Part shown: one piece after another, positions 49,695-59,751 of the stretch
Numbering within the stretch: position 1 is the first letter of the stretch
Layout: every line of letters starts with the position of its first letter
NCBI GenBank assembly: GCA_965198005.1
Contig: CBDAOI010000003.1
Coordinates: 928,001 to 992,000, forward strand
Reading direction: 5' to 3'
DNA from: Spirochaetia bacterium
Lineage (GTDB): Bacteria; Spirochaetota; Spirochaetia; SZUA-6; Bin103
DNA: 64,000 nucleotides
The notes under the pieces: model-generated
Told to the model about the DNA's origin: nothing
The model's input: the letters and a program-made list of their open reading frames with translations, nothing else
The model's database searches: none
Made by a program: the position numbers and the translations under genes

Positions 49695-51004
49695 TTCATG
49701 GGCACCCCGTAGTAGCGCAGGTGCCCACCCACAACCGAGCGCAGCCAGCTTCCCACCTCCGGGACCGGATCGTGCAGGCGCCGCCGAAGCTCGGTCTTCA
49801 CCTGCCCCAGCTTGGCCTGCAACCGCTCCCGCATCGTCTGCCTGAGCACCGTAAACCGTCCGTCACTCCACTTCGTCCCGCAGATGTGCGTGAACCCCAG
49901 GAAGTCGAAGGTCTCCGGCTTGCCCTGACCTCGACGCCTGCGGTTCTCAGCCGCGAACGGCCCGAACTCGATCAGGCGCGTCTTGTCAGGGTGCAGCTCC
50001 AAGGCGAACTTGCTGAGCCTCTCGGTCAGCTCCGCCCGGAACCGCTCGGCATCCGAGCGGTGTCGGAATCCGACGACGATGTCATCCGCGTAGCGCACGA
50101 CGATCACATCGCCACGCGCCTGCGTCTGCCGCCAGCGCCGGACCCACAGGTCGAACACGTAGTGCAGGTAGATGTTGGCAAGGAGCGGCGAAGCGCTGCC
50201 TCCCTGCGGCGTCCCCTGCTCGCTGCGTGTCCGCGTTCCACCGTGGTCGATGGCATCGAAGAACCCACGGATGTCCATGTCGAGCACCCATTTCACCTTC
50301 CGTGTCAGCAGGCCCACCTAGAGCGCGTCCAACGCATTGTGCTGGCTGCGCCCCGGTCGGAACCCGTAACTGAACCCGAGAAAATCGGTCTCGTAGATGG
50401 TGTTCAGCACCTCGACTGTCGCACGCTGGACGATCTTGTCTTCCAGCGCCGTCACGCCGAGCGGCCGTTGCCGCCCGTCGGTCTTGGGGACGAACACCCT
50501 CCGCACCGGCTTCGCCCGGTACGCTCCTCGCTGCAGCCGTCCACAGAGGTCCAGGAGGTTGCCCTCCAGGTCCCCTCCGTACTGCCGCCACGTCACCCGG
50601 TCCACCCCCGGCGCGGCTTCCCGCTTGAGGCTGAAGTACGCCTCCCGGAGGATCGCGGGGTTGTCGACGTGGTGCATGAGCGCGGTGAACCGCAGCGTCC
50701 TATCCCGTCGCGCTGCTTGACGTATCCGCTCCAGCGCACTGTGCACGCCATATTGCCGGCGCGGTGTCCGGGGCGCGTTTTGCTGGTGCGGATTCCCTTT
50801 GGCCAGGCCCCTTCCCTCCACCCGCTCCGCGGCCCGGTCGCTGCCGGCCGGCGTGGCCGTAGGTGCTCCCTTGGCTGTGTCCGGCGTTTCCGCCTGTGTG
50901 CCCGTGTAGGGTTCACCATAGCCGCGCCGCCTGCAGCAGCTCCCGTCCTTGTTCGCGGGTTTCCCAGGTACTATGGGCCTGTCCGACTTCCCAGCTCCGT
51001 TCAT
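49695..51004 (-). pseudogene. ltrA: Group II intron RT pseudogene
   Basis: APGVD, SYGFRPGR, in-frame TAG at 50318-50320, deletion between FFDAIDH and GTPQGG, RYADD, FDFLGF, cut after YYGVP. Confidence 0.88.
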
Positions 51005-51367
51005 CGTCGGCGTACGTCCTTGGACTTCCCGACACGGCCTGCGGCGCCATCCGCCGCAGGCGAAGCTGGGATCTCCCGGCTCCCGCGCAAGGTGTTTCCG
51101 TACGTGCCCGGGGTCTATGACCGCGCAGGGTCCCGTGGCGCCTCGCGATATCGGCGCCCCGGGTGTGGCCTTCCGCATCCTCCTACGGCGTCGGCACCCC
51201 AAAGTAATCCCTTTCGCGGCTCGATACCCGGCCCGCACGTACCCCTGTCAACGCTTCACCCCCGCCCTCGCGGGCGGCGGCGCATGACTCGGGGCCGCCG
51301 TGGGTCGCTAGCCCTTCGACGTATGACTCTTCCATTCACAACACCTTGCCGGTTTGTGCCGGCGCAC
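49695..51367 (-). mobile_element. Degenerate group II intron (3' end missing)
   Basis: Minus-strand GTGCG start at 51367, RT remnant; no domain V/VI found after the truncation. Confidence 0.8.
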
Positions 51368-51574
51368 AGGAGGTTCGAATGATACTCAAAGAACCGCACG
51401 CGCGCGCGGCGTGAGCCGGGGTGAACCCGTTGAGTCACACGCCGCGCGCGTCAGCCATTTGACTCGGACTGGCCGTCCGCGTTGGCGGGCGCGCCCGCGT
51501 TGCGGGCGTCAGAGTAGCCAGGGAGCGGCAATCCGCTACGCAATACTCTCGAAATAACATTCAAGGAAGAAACG

Positions 51575-53359
51575 ATGATGAAAATCTTATTTAGAATGAC
51601 CTTCGCGATTGCGTTGGTCCTGGTGCTGACCGCCACCGGCCTCTGGGCGGGTGGCGCCACAGACACGGAGTCGGCAACGGCGGCCGATAAGGAAATGGTG
51701 CGCGACCCGGCCACCGGCAAGATGGTGACCGCGCCCGAGTACGGCGGGACAATAACCAAGGCCGTACCAAGTCCTCAGGATTTCCCTGCTGACCCCTATG
51801 TCGGGTACTCGTCCCTAACCATCTCGGGCGTCGTAGAGAAGCTTGGTATCGGCAACTGGGGAGTAGATAGAGACGTACATGACTTTAAATCGTTCCTCCC
51901 TGTGTCTTTCGTGACAGGGAGGCTGGCTGAAAAGTGGGATATTTCCCCGGACGGGCTCACCTATACCTTCCACATCCGCAAGGGCGCTCACTGGCATAAT
52001 AAGGCGCCCATGCACGGTCGGGAGCTGACCGCCGATGATGTCGAATACAGCTTTCACCGTATGTTGGGTCTGGGCAAGTTCTCCGAAGCTGGACCTAGCG
52101 CCTTTGGCCCCGCCGCCGCACTCATCGCCATACCATGGGAATCGGTAACGGCCACCGACAAATCGACGGTTGTTATTAAGCTGACGAAGCTATACCTCCC
52201 TGCGCTGGGGCTTATCCTCCTCGACGACTTTGCTTACATAATGCCCCCCGAGGTAATCGAGCAACATGGCGTCGATATGGACTGGAGGAACCTGGTCGGC
52301 ACCGGGCCCTTTATGCTGACTGAGTGGGTGTTGGGCAGCTCTAGGACCTATACCAAGAATCCTGACTACTGGGGCTTCGACCCAAAATACCCGCAGAACC
52401 GCTTGCCATACGTCGACGAGCACAGGGTCCTGATTATTCCAGAGGAAGCAACAACCATGGCAGCACTACGCTCAGGCAAGATTGATCTCAAAGAGTGGGT
52501 TACTGATATGAACTCGGTAATGAGCCTGCAGCGGACCAACCCCGAAATCGCGGTGCACACGCTTTGGTCTCGGTCGAGTGATTCTTTTGCTCCTAACCAT
52601 CGCGTGCCGCCCTTTAACGACATCAACGTGGTCCGCGCAATGCAGATGGCGCTGGACAACGAGACCATTGCGGCCACGCTCTGGAAGGGTCAGGCAGATG
52701 CGACACCTATGGGACGGATGGCGAATAAAGGGTATTACATCCCATTTGAAGAGTGGCCCGAAGAGGTGAAGCAATACTACAGGTATGACCCGGAAGCTGC
52801 CGAGAAGCTCCTTGATGCGGCTGGATATCCGCGCGGCGCCGACGGCACTAGATTCAAGACCTCATTGACTTACGGGGCTTGGGCAACCTTAGAATATGCA
52901 GAAATAGCTGCCTCCTACTGGGCTGAGATTGGCGTCGATGTTGAGATTGATGCAATGGACAACCCCGAATATCACGAGAGGCTATTCTCGCGTAATTATG
53001 AAGGCATGATCAGTGCCATTGCGGGCGCCGCTTATGACCCTGCCATGTTTGTAGGCCGGTATCACTCGAACGCACAGTGGAACCGCGGCGGACACCAGTG
53101 GCCTGAGTTGGACGCCATCATTGAAGCCGCCCTAGCCGCTCCTACCATTGAGGAGCAGCAGAGGCTGATTGCAGAGGCAGATATGTACGCGATAGAGAAC
53201 CACTTCCAGATATGGGGTCCAAAGAGTCCAGTGTTTCAGTTGGCCCAGCCCTGGCTCATAGGCTATAACGGAGAAAATCGCTTGGGCGGCTTTGAAGCGC
53301 ATACCCTCTTTACCTACCTCTGGATTGATAGTGAGCTGAAGGAAGCAATGGGTCATTAG
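51575..53359 (+). CDS. Family-5 ABC transporter substrate-binding protein
   Basis: Signal peptide, APEYGG, GRLAEKW, VGTGPF, NRLPYVD, YDPEAAEKLL. Confidence 0.95.
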   Translation: MMKILFRMTFAIALVLVLTATGLWAGGATDTESATAADKEMVRDPATGKMVTAPEYGGTITKAVPSPQDFPADPYVGYSSLTISGVVEKLGIGNWGVDRDVHDFKSFLPVSFVTGRLAEKWDISPDGLTYTFHIRKGAHWHNKAPMHGRELTADDVEYSFHRMLGLGKFSEAGPSAFGPAAALIAIPWESVTATDKSTVVIKLTKLYLPALGLILLDDFAYIMPPEVIEQHGVDMDWRNLVGTGPFMLTEWVLGSSRTYTKNPDYWGFDPKYPQNRLPYVDEHRVLIIPEEATTMAALRSGKIDLKEWVTDMNSVMSLQRTNPEIAVHTLWSRSSDSFAPNHRVPPFNDINVVRAMQMALDNETIAATLWKGQADATPMGRMANKGYYIPFEEWPEEVKQYYRYDPEAAEKLLDAAGYPRGADGTRFKTSLTYGAWATLEYAEIAASYWAEIGVDVEIDAMDNPEYHERLFSRNYEGMISAIAGAAYDPAMFVGRYHSNAQWNRGGHQWPELDAIIEAALAAPTIEEQQRLIAEADMYAIENHFQIWGPKSPVFQLAQPWLIGYNGENRLGGFEAHTLFTYLWIDSELKEAMGH

Positions 53360-53381
53360 CGGCTGATCTCAGGGGAAAAAG

Positions 53382-53423
53382 GGAGCTGGGAGGCGCGCCT
53401 GCAGGCGACAGCCTCCCGGTTCC
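53382..53423 (+). terminator. Hairpin after SBP gene
   Basis: ggagctgggaggc / gcctcccggttcc with G-U pairs. Confidence 0.55.
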
Positions 53424-53445
53424 GATACTCCTGGAGGGGACACTT

Positions 53446-53832
53446 GTCATTCCGGGCGAAGACCCGGAATACAGAAAACGCACCATTTGAAATTACTCTG
53501 GATTCCCGCCCCGGATCCAGTCCGGGGCAGGCTTTTCGCGGGAATGACGGGAACGGGGGATACAGGGGGATGGGGCCTTCACCAACGATGGGCTACAGGT
53601 GTTCTATCGAGTGATCCTTGAACCCTGGACAGGGGGAATCAAGGGGGACACCCCCTTGAACCCCCGTTTCAAAGGGGTTTCACGCCTCTGGACTCCCCAA
53701 AACGGTGAGAGGCGAGTTTCTTGGCAGGGGTCATTCGCACCTTGGAGAGTGCCGTGTGAGCCGGGGAAGGGGATCGTCTAAGTGGATTGCGGCCCCGGAT
53801 CCATTCCGGGGCAGGTTCTTCGCCGCAATGAC
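53446..53832. repeat. Cluster of REP/MITE-like palindromes
   Basis: gtcattcc...ggaatgac unit (53446-53548), tcaaggggg/cccccttga stem (53639-53659), second tggatt...aatgac unit (53783-53832) sharing ccccggatcca.tccggggcagg. Confidence 0.7.
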
Positions 53833-53847
53833 AAGGAGTAGTGTGAC

Positions 53848-54846
53848 ATGAGAGCCTATATTATCAGGCGGTTATTGCTGATAATCCCCACCTTGTTTAT
53901 ATTGAGCACCCTGGTCTTTCTCTCCGTCCGCTTCATCCCCGGCGATACAATAGACGCAATGTTGGGTAAGGATGTCACGGGTCGTGAGGTAGACCGTGAA
54001 GCGCTGGAGCATATGCTGGGATTGGACGTGCCTGTGCACGTGCAGTATGGACGCTGGATAGGAGTGTTGCCGACCCCTGACTGGGTTACCGGTGAGTCCC
54101 GCTACAACGGTCTCCTCCAGGGCACCCTTGGCCGGTCACTGCATCACCGCCAGGAGGCGGTAGAGGACAGTATATTCGGTAGATTGCCGATCACCATTGA
54201 GCTTGGTTTCATGGCAATCGTAATCGGGCTGCTGATAGCCCTGCCAGTCGGCATCTACTCGGCGATTCGCCAGGATACCGCCGCCGACTACCTGGGGCGC
54301 TCCATCGCCATCATCGGCATGGCAACTCCCAACTTCTGGCTGGCACTTATGGTCATGCTCTACCCGGCACTCTGGTGGGGCTGGTCGCCAGCGATGGAAG
54401 TGATTCCTTTCACGGAAGACCCGCTGGGGAATCTGGGGGTGTTCATCATTCCCAGCGTGATTCTGGGGACGGGCATGGCTGCGATAACAATGCGGCTGAC
54501 GCGCACCATGATGCTGGAGGTCTTAAGGCAGGACTATATCAGGACCGCCTGGTCTAAGGGCCTCAAGGAGCGGGTAATCATAATCAGACACGCCGTCAAA
54601 AATGCCCTCATCCCGATAGTTACCCTGATAGGCCTGCAGTTGCCGATCCTGATAGGTGGCTCGGTCATCATGGAGAACATATTCAACCTTCCGGGGTTGG
54701 GTCGTCTCATGGTGGTTGCCCTCGAAGGCAGAGACTACCCGGTGGTCTCCGGGGTAAATCTCTTTTTCGCCGTCGTGGTTATGGGGGCCAATCTAATGAT
54801 CGACCTGATTTATCCCTATCTAGACCCCAGGGTCCGTTATAGATAA
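53848..54846 (+). CDS. ABC transporter permease, DppB family
   Basis: MRAYIIRRLL, QDYIRTAWSKGL, DPRVRY; RBS aaggag. Confidence 0.95.
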   Translation: MRAYIIRRLLLIIPTLFILSTLVFLSVRFIPGDTIDAMLGKDVTGREVDREALEHMLGLDVPVHVQYGRWIGVLPTPDWVTGESRYNGLLQGTLGRSLHHRQEAVEDSIFGRLPITIELGFMAIVIGLLIALPVGIYSAIRQDTAADYLGRSIAIIGMATPNFWLALMVMLYPALWWGWSPAMEVIPFTEDPLGNLGVFIIPSVILGTGMAAITMRLTRTMMLEVLRQDYIRTAWSKGLKERVIIIRHAVKNALIPIVTLIGLQLPILIGGSVIMENIFNLPGLGRLMVVALEGRDYPVVSGVNLFFAVVVMGANLMIDLIYPYLDPRVRYR

Positions 54847-54864
54847 AGGAGGAAAATCGGGATT

Positions 54865-55797
54865 ATGAGTGATATCACAAGGATACCATCAACAGTAAGC
54901 GAGCCAAAGAGACGCAACGCGGTGGCTGATTTCTTTACCAGGCTGTGGAAGGAGAAGCCACTGGGTACTGCCTGCGGGATTATTGTATTGATATTGATTT
55001 TTGTGGCTATCTTTGCCGATGTTCTGGCTCCTTATCCATATGATGAAATACACCTGTACGACATGCTGCAGGGCTCATCAGCCCAGTATCTGCTGGGTAC
55101 CGACCAGCTGGGGCGAGACTTCTTGAGCCGCATTATCTACGGTGCTCGTATTTCGTTACTTGTCGGTCTGGCCGCGACCGGTGTTAATGTTGTCGTCGCT
55201 ACCCTGATAGGTGGCACTTCAGGATTCCTTGGTGGTAAATTGGACCTGGCTGTGCAGAGATTTGTCGATGCCTGGATGTGTTTCCCGGGACTGCTCCTGT
55301 TGTTAACCATAATGTCCCTGGTGGGGCGGGGTGTGCCACAGATAATACTGGTCCTGGGGATAGCCGGAGGCATCGGCGGCTCAAGAATAGTCAGAGGCGC
55401 CGTTATTGGCATAAAGGAGAACGTGTATGTTCAGGCGGCGGAGGCGATTGGTAGCTCAAGATGGAGAATATTTGTGCGACATGTCGTGCCCAATATTATT
55501 CCTGTCGTAATCATCATATTCAGCATCAACATCGGAGGCGTAATCCTGAGTATAGCTTCTCTGAGCTTCCTCGGATTCGGTCTGCCAATCCAGATTGCTG
55601 AGTGGGGAGCTCTGCTCAGCCGGGAAGGGCGTAAATACATGGAGCAGGCGCCACACCTGGCTCTCTTGCCGGGTCTTTGCATGACTATTACCGTTTACAG
55701 TCTAAATATGTTCGGCGACGCGGTGAGGGACCTGCTCGATCCGAGGCTGAAGGGCGGCGGTGGTGGTCTCGGTGCCGGAGCCGCCGGGTCGGTTTAA
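54865..55797 (+). CDS. ABC transporter permease, DppC family
   Basis: LGTDQLGRD, RHVVPN, LSFLGFG, NMFGDAVRDLLDPR; RBS aggagg. Confidence 0.95.
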   Translation: MSDITRIPSTVSEPKRRNAVADFFTRLWKEKPLGTACGIIVLILIFVAIFADVLAPYPYDEIHLYDMLQGSSAQYLLGTDQLGRDFLSRIIYGARISLLVGLAATGVNVVVATLIGGTSGFLGGKLDLAVQRFVDAWMCFPGLLLLLTIMSLVGRGVPQIILVLGIAGGIGGSRIVRGAVIGIKENVYVQAAEAIGSSRWRIFVRHVVPNIIPVVIIIFSINIGGVILSIASLSFLGFGLPIQIAEWGALLSREGRKYMEQAPHLALLPGLCMTITVYSLNMFGDAVRDLLDPRLKGGGGGLGAGAAGSV

Positions 55798-55866
55798 CAG
55801 AGCCAGCCGGGGCGATCTCGTGGGCAGCGTGCTGAGGCCTGCGCTGCGTGAGGGCAAGATCTTTCA

Positions 55867-56650
55867 TGATCAAGAGTGAGCTTCTCAACGACGTTCGTCG
55901 ATGGCTGCGCTTCGGCCGCGAGGACCTCGAAGTTGCCGAGGCGCTCTTGTCCGTCGGATCACAGAGTCCGCCGGGCAGGGGGAGGACCGGGGTGGGTGAC
56001 CGCGCGCCCATGAAGCGACGCCTCCTCGGTCGGTAACCAGGGCTGACGAGTCGAAGAACGCCCCGATTCTCCGCTGCAGCGAGTCGAGCACGCTCACTTC
56101 GACGGTCCGCGGGCGTTTACACTCGCCATTACTCGCTCAGCAAATCGGTGAAGCGCCGCTGGATGCAGTAGTTTGCGGTCCCGCCGGATGCGCTCCAGGG
56201 ACCTTAGTTGGCGGCAGACTGGATCTGGCGGTGCAGAGATTTGTCGACGCCTGGATGGCGTTCCCGGGGCTGCCGCTGCGACTCACCATCATGTCGTTGG
56301 TGGGGCAGGGTTTGCCGCAGATCATCGTCGTGCTGACGGTTTGGCGACGAACCGAGCTGGCGCCACCGACGCGCATCTGACGCGGCCCTCCGCGCGCCCA
56401 GACACAGAGATGGGAGCGCTGCGCCATGACCTGTACCGCAAGACCATCACGCTACCGTTCAGCGCGCCGCGGCTCAGCACGAAGCCAATATCGCGGTTGG
56501 CAACGCCCTGGTCGACGATGCTCGCCACGATGGTGGGCTGCATGAGATCGGCAACTGCCACGGTGGAGAGAACAGCACCGCCAGGGCGAACCACCCGGCA
56601 AAGCGGCGTAGATAGACCCGCAGGTAGCTCACGGGAGATCCGCTACCGGT
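55867..56650. pseudogene. Pile of short gene fragments (HEPN-like, PIN-like, DppC, ABC exporter N-terminus)
   Basis: RRWLRFGREDLEVAEALL (+), AFFDSSALV (-), RLDLAVQRFVDAWMAFPG (+, ~56206-56340), DLMQPTIVASIVDQGV (-). Confidence 0.6.
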
Positions 56651-57021
56651 ATCCACGAACGCTGAGACCCTCCACCCGGCCGAAGTGGTGCTGGTTGGCC
56701 GTGATGAGCTCAGCGTCAGCATCGTGACGCGATGGCTGAGCAAGCGTCCGCAGCAGCCATGACCCCGGTGAAAACGCTCGAAGCGGCGGACGCGCTGGCG
56801 GGAACCAAGCGGACCCACGCGCATGGTTGGCCGCGGGTCGTAGCGGTGCTCGGCCGACACTCCGATCTGACCGTCGGCCTCTGGGACGCGGTCGCAAGGT
56901 CGGCCAGGTCGGCCCAGCCTTGACCTGCGTGCGTACCACGGAGACAATCAGCTCCGGACGAACTTCCGGCGACGTCGACCGCCCCTTGCGGGATTGCCGG
57001 CTGGAGGTGCGCGCGAACACG

Positions 57022-57276
57022 ATGTCCAATCACAGTGGCAGTCACATGTTGAACAGCCTGCTCGTCATGCTCGAACGTGAGTCGTACTTCTCCGAGATTG
57101 GACCGGACAAGACCACCGAGTTCGTGGTCCACATCGTGGGTCTTGCGCGAGACTACGACGGCAACCCCGGCGAGGTCCTCGACGGTATCGGCGAGCGCCT
57201 CGGCATCTGTTATGAATGCTGCGGGCGAAGCGACGATCTGGACGACGGGGCATGTGTCTCATGCCGCGGCGGGTAA
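57022..57276 (+). CDS. Small hypothetical Zn-ribbon protein (84 aa)
   Basis: RBS ggagg; DGNPGEVL motif; CxxC-x11-CxxC; paralogous to the N-terminus of the next gene. Confidence 0.8.
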   Translation: MSNHSGSHMLNSLLVMLERESYFSEIGPDKTTEFVVHIVGLARDYDGNPGEVLDGIGERLGICYECCGRSDDLDDGACVSCRGG

Positions 57277-57301
57277 ACTGGCTACTCCAGGATTGCGCTG
57301 C

Positions 57302-58177
57302 ATGTCCCATCATTTCAACAGCTTCTTGCTGAACGACGTTCTGACTAGGCTGGAGGCGGATTCGTTCTTCACTGACGTTGGCGAGGAACGGACACTCAGT
57401 TTCGTCCAAAGGGCCCTTGCGCTGTCCCGGCACCACGACGGCAATCCCGGGGAAGTGCTCGCCGGCGTGGGCCAGCGCCTGGGCATCTGCTACTACTGTT
57501 GGGATCGCGGCGCGGACTTGAGGCAGGGCATCTGTCAAAACTGCCGGCGCGCGGACTCGATTGGAATCGAACCGGACGAGGCCGCACGATCGTCCTCTCG
57601 GAAGGTGACGATCAGTTACGGGTTCATTGAGCAGAGGACGGTCCGGAGCGTGCTGGGGTTCCTGCCGCGGAAGTTCACCAGCGACCTCGACATCTGGAAT
57701 CTGCGTGAGTTACCGCGCAGGTGCATTGACGAGAACCTGCTCCGTGGAGAGATACACGTCGATTCCGTATGGGGCGTGGACTACCTGCCGGGCAGACGCC
57801 GGCCCTGGGGAACGCCGGTACTGATGATCGAGTTGCTGACCCATCCATACGCGAGAGTGGTACAACGCCTGCGCCGTTATGCGGCGTTACTGTCCGAACA
57901 CCTGAGTCGAACGCGCAGCATCGAGGAAAAACCTCCACTGCTCGTGCCGGTGCTGCTGTACAATGGCCTCCCCTCCTGGACGCCGCGCCAGTCCACCGAG
58001 GGATGGAACAGGTTCGAGTACACCTTCATCGACGTGGGCCGGTTGCCCCCGAACCGAGGGCGGCCACACCGGCTCACAACCGCTTTCTCGGGCGTCAGGC
58101 AACGGCACACGCTTGTGGACGATGCCTTCGACGCTGCGGAGGATGCTCTGGACACGATTGCCATGCTGACGTGCTGA
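57302..58177 (+). CDS. Zn-ribbon domain fused to a divergent Rpn/YhgA-like (Transposase_31) domain
   Basis: First 84 aa align gap-free with 57022-57276; then DLDIWNLRELP...DENL...DSVW...MIEL...RLRRY...PPLLVPVLLYNG..W. Confidence 0.7.
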   Translation: MSHHFNSFLLNDVLTRLEADSFFTDVGEERTLSFVQRALALSRHHDGNPGEVLAGVGQRLGICYYCWDRGADLRQGICQNCRRADSIGIEPDEAARSSSRKVTISYGFIEQRTVRSVLGFLPRKFTSDLDIWNLRELPRRCIDENLLRGEIHVDSVWGVDYLPGRRRPWGTPVLMIELLTHPYARVVQRLRRYAALLSEHLSRTRSIEEKPPLLVPVLLYNGLPSWTPRQSTEGWNRFEYTFIDVGRLPPNRGRPHRLTTAFSGVRQRHTLVDDAFDAAEDALDTIAMLTC

Positions 58178-58178
58178 C

Positions 58179-58487
58179 ATGTCGACGCTCACCATTCGCC
58201 TGCCCGACGAGACCCACGGGCGACTGAAGGAGATCGCCCGGCAACGGGGTATGAGCCTGAACAAGCTTATGGAAGAACTCTCCACGGTGGCAATTACGCA
58301 GTACGATGCCGAGACGCGGTTCCGGGCGCTGGCCGCTCGGGGGTCGGTGGAAGAGGGGCTCCGGATCCTGGACAAGCTCGACGCAGCGTTCGCCGGCACC
58401 ATGGAAACGAAGGAGAACGTGTCCAGACTCGCCGAGAAGCTCCAGGAACAGACCAGGCATGGCGAAGATCCCGTTCTTCACGGATGA
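58179..58487 (+). CDS. HicB-like ribbon-helix-helix antitoxin
   Basis: MSTLTIRLPDETHGRLKEIARQRGMSLNKLMEE...RFRALAARG; C-terminus possibly chimeric. Confidence 0.8.
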   Translation: MSTLTIRLPDETHGRLKEIARQRGMSLNKLMEELSTVAITQYDAETRFRALAARGSVEEGLRILDKLDAAFAGTMETKENVSRLAEKLQEQTRHGEDPVLHG

Positions 58488-58523
58488 ACACGTGGCACGC
58501 CGATGGCTCGGTCGAAGTAAAGT

Positions 58524-58630
58524 AATCAACGCCGAGACCTACACCATGTGCAACGCAGACCTGCTGCTGAAGGGCGAGGGCGACGCCGCCGACAACATCG
58601 TGGGCCGCCCAGCGCACTCGACGCCTTCCC
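58524..58630 (+). pseudogene. Fragment of type I methyltransferase HsdM
   Basis: INAETYTMCNADLLLKGEGDAADNIVG resembles the segment following GQE in HsdM. Confidence 0.55.
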
Positions 58631-58711
58631 GGCACACGAGTTCGCAACGTCGCAGAAATCCCGACAACCGGATAGGATGGTGCTCGATCGAGACTCACGG
58701 AGGACAACCGG

Positions 58712-58924
58712 ATGAGACCGGCCGAGATCATCTTCGAGGTAACCGAGGCGCCCGCGGGAGGATACGACGCCAGGGCGCTGGGGTGCAGCATCTTCACACA
58801 GGGGGAAGACTGGAGCGACCTGAAGGCCATGGCGAGAGATGCGGTGCTCTGCCACTTCGACGAAGATGACGTGCCACGAGTGATCAGACTGCATCTGGTC
58901 AAGGAAGAGGCCATCGCCGTATGA
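58712..58924 (+). CDS. Short HicB-like antitoxin
   Basis: EIIFEVTEAPAGGYDARALGCSIFTQGEDWSDLKAMARDAVLCHF; RBS ggagga. Confidence 0.8.
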   Translation: MRPAEIIFEVTEAPAGGYDARALGCSIFTQGEDWSDLKAMARDAVLCHFDEDDVPRVIRLHLVKEEAIAV

Positions 58925-59751
58925 AGTTGAACCGTCCTCGGGATAGCGAGATCACTATCGGCGAGTGGCTCGATCAAATCGGTTTAGATTCAGCAAAGAG
59001 GTTTGTCGGACGCGATGGAGAGGGACCTCCGGACTACGAAATCAGGTATAGGGGAAACACGATCGCCGTAGAAGCAACCCTCATGCATGATCCGGGAGGA
59101 TGGGGAAAGACGAAAGAAATCGCCTTCGGACGTGCGCTCAAGCGTTTGATTCAAGACGTTTCACCCGAAGACGGCGACGCTTGGAGGTGGCACTCGATCT
59201 GCGAATACGATCCCAGAGTACCCAAGCCGCCGAACAAGAGCGACGACGCATGGAAGAAACGTGTCCGAGATGCGGTCCGGTCGTCTCCTGCAGGCGGCGA
59301 GTTTCAATTGTTGCCTGAGAACGACGTGCCGGGTCGCGGCGTCGTGCTGACACTGATGCCGTCCAGCAATCAGGGAGGTTTCGCCGGAGTGAGCGTCGAT
59401 GAAGGATGCATCGTCGCCGGAACGTTATCCGAACGACTCGCATCCATCGTAAGGGACAAAGCGGACAAAGTTCGCAAAGGCAAGAGGTCGGGAAAATATG
59501 CCCAGTGGTGGTTGGTTGTCGATGACAAAGTCCTTATGGCCCCCTTCGAGACACTGACTCCCCAAGAAAGAACCGAGGTTCGCACGAGGGTACGCACGTG
59601 CGATGGAATTACTGCGTGGAGCAAGGTCATTCTCGTGAGTAGATTCCATGCGGGACGAGATCGAGGTCAAGGAAAGTGGTTCTACGCTTCTTGGGAAGAT
59701 CCGCGATACCCATCGCTTGCTGAGAGTTCGTCGTCACCGGCGGCTTTCTGA
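58921..59751 (+). CDS. Hypothetical PD-(D/E)xK-like nuclease
   Basis: PPDY...IAVEAT, K..K...Y..WWLVVDD; ATGA overlap with the upstream gene. Confidence 0.65.
   Translation: MKLNRPRDSEITIGEWLDQIGLDSAKRFVGRDGEGPPDYEIRYRGNTIAVEATLMHDPGGWGKTKEIAFGRALKRLIQDVSPEDGDAWRWHSICEYDPRVPKPPNKSDDAWKKRVRDAVRSSPAGGEFQLLPENDVPGRGVVLTLMPSSNQGGFAGVSVDEGCIVAGTLSERLASIVRDKADKVRKGKRSGKYAQWWLVVDDKVLMAPFETLTPQERTEVRTRVRTCDGITAWSKVILVSRFHAGRDRGQGKWFYASWEDPRYPSLAESSSSPAAF

Noticed and set aside
50318-50320. TAG readthrough or recoding in the second RT
   Set aside because: The same gene also has a deletion and a truncation, so it is a pseudogene; other genes use TAG as a normal stop
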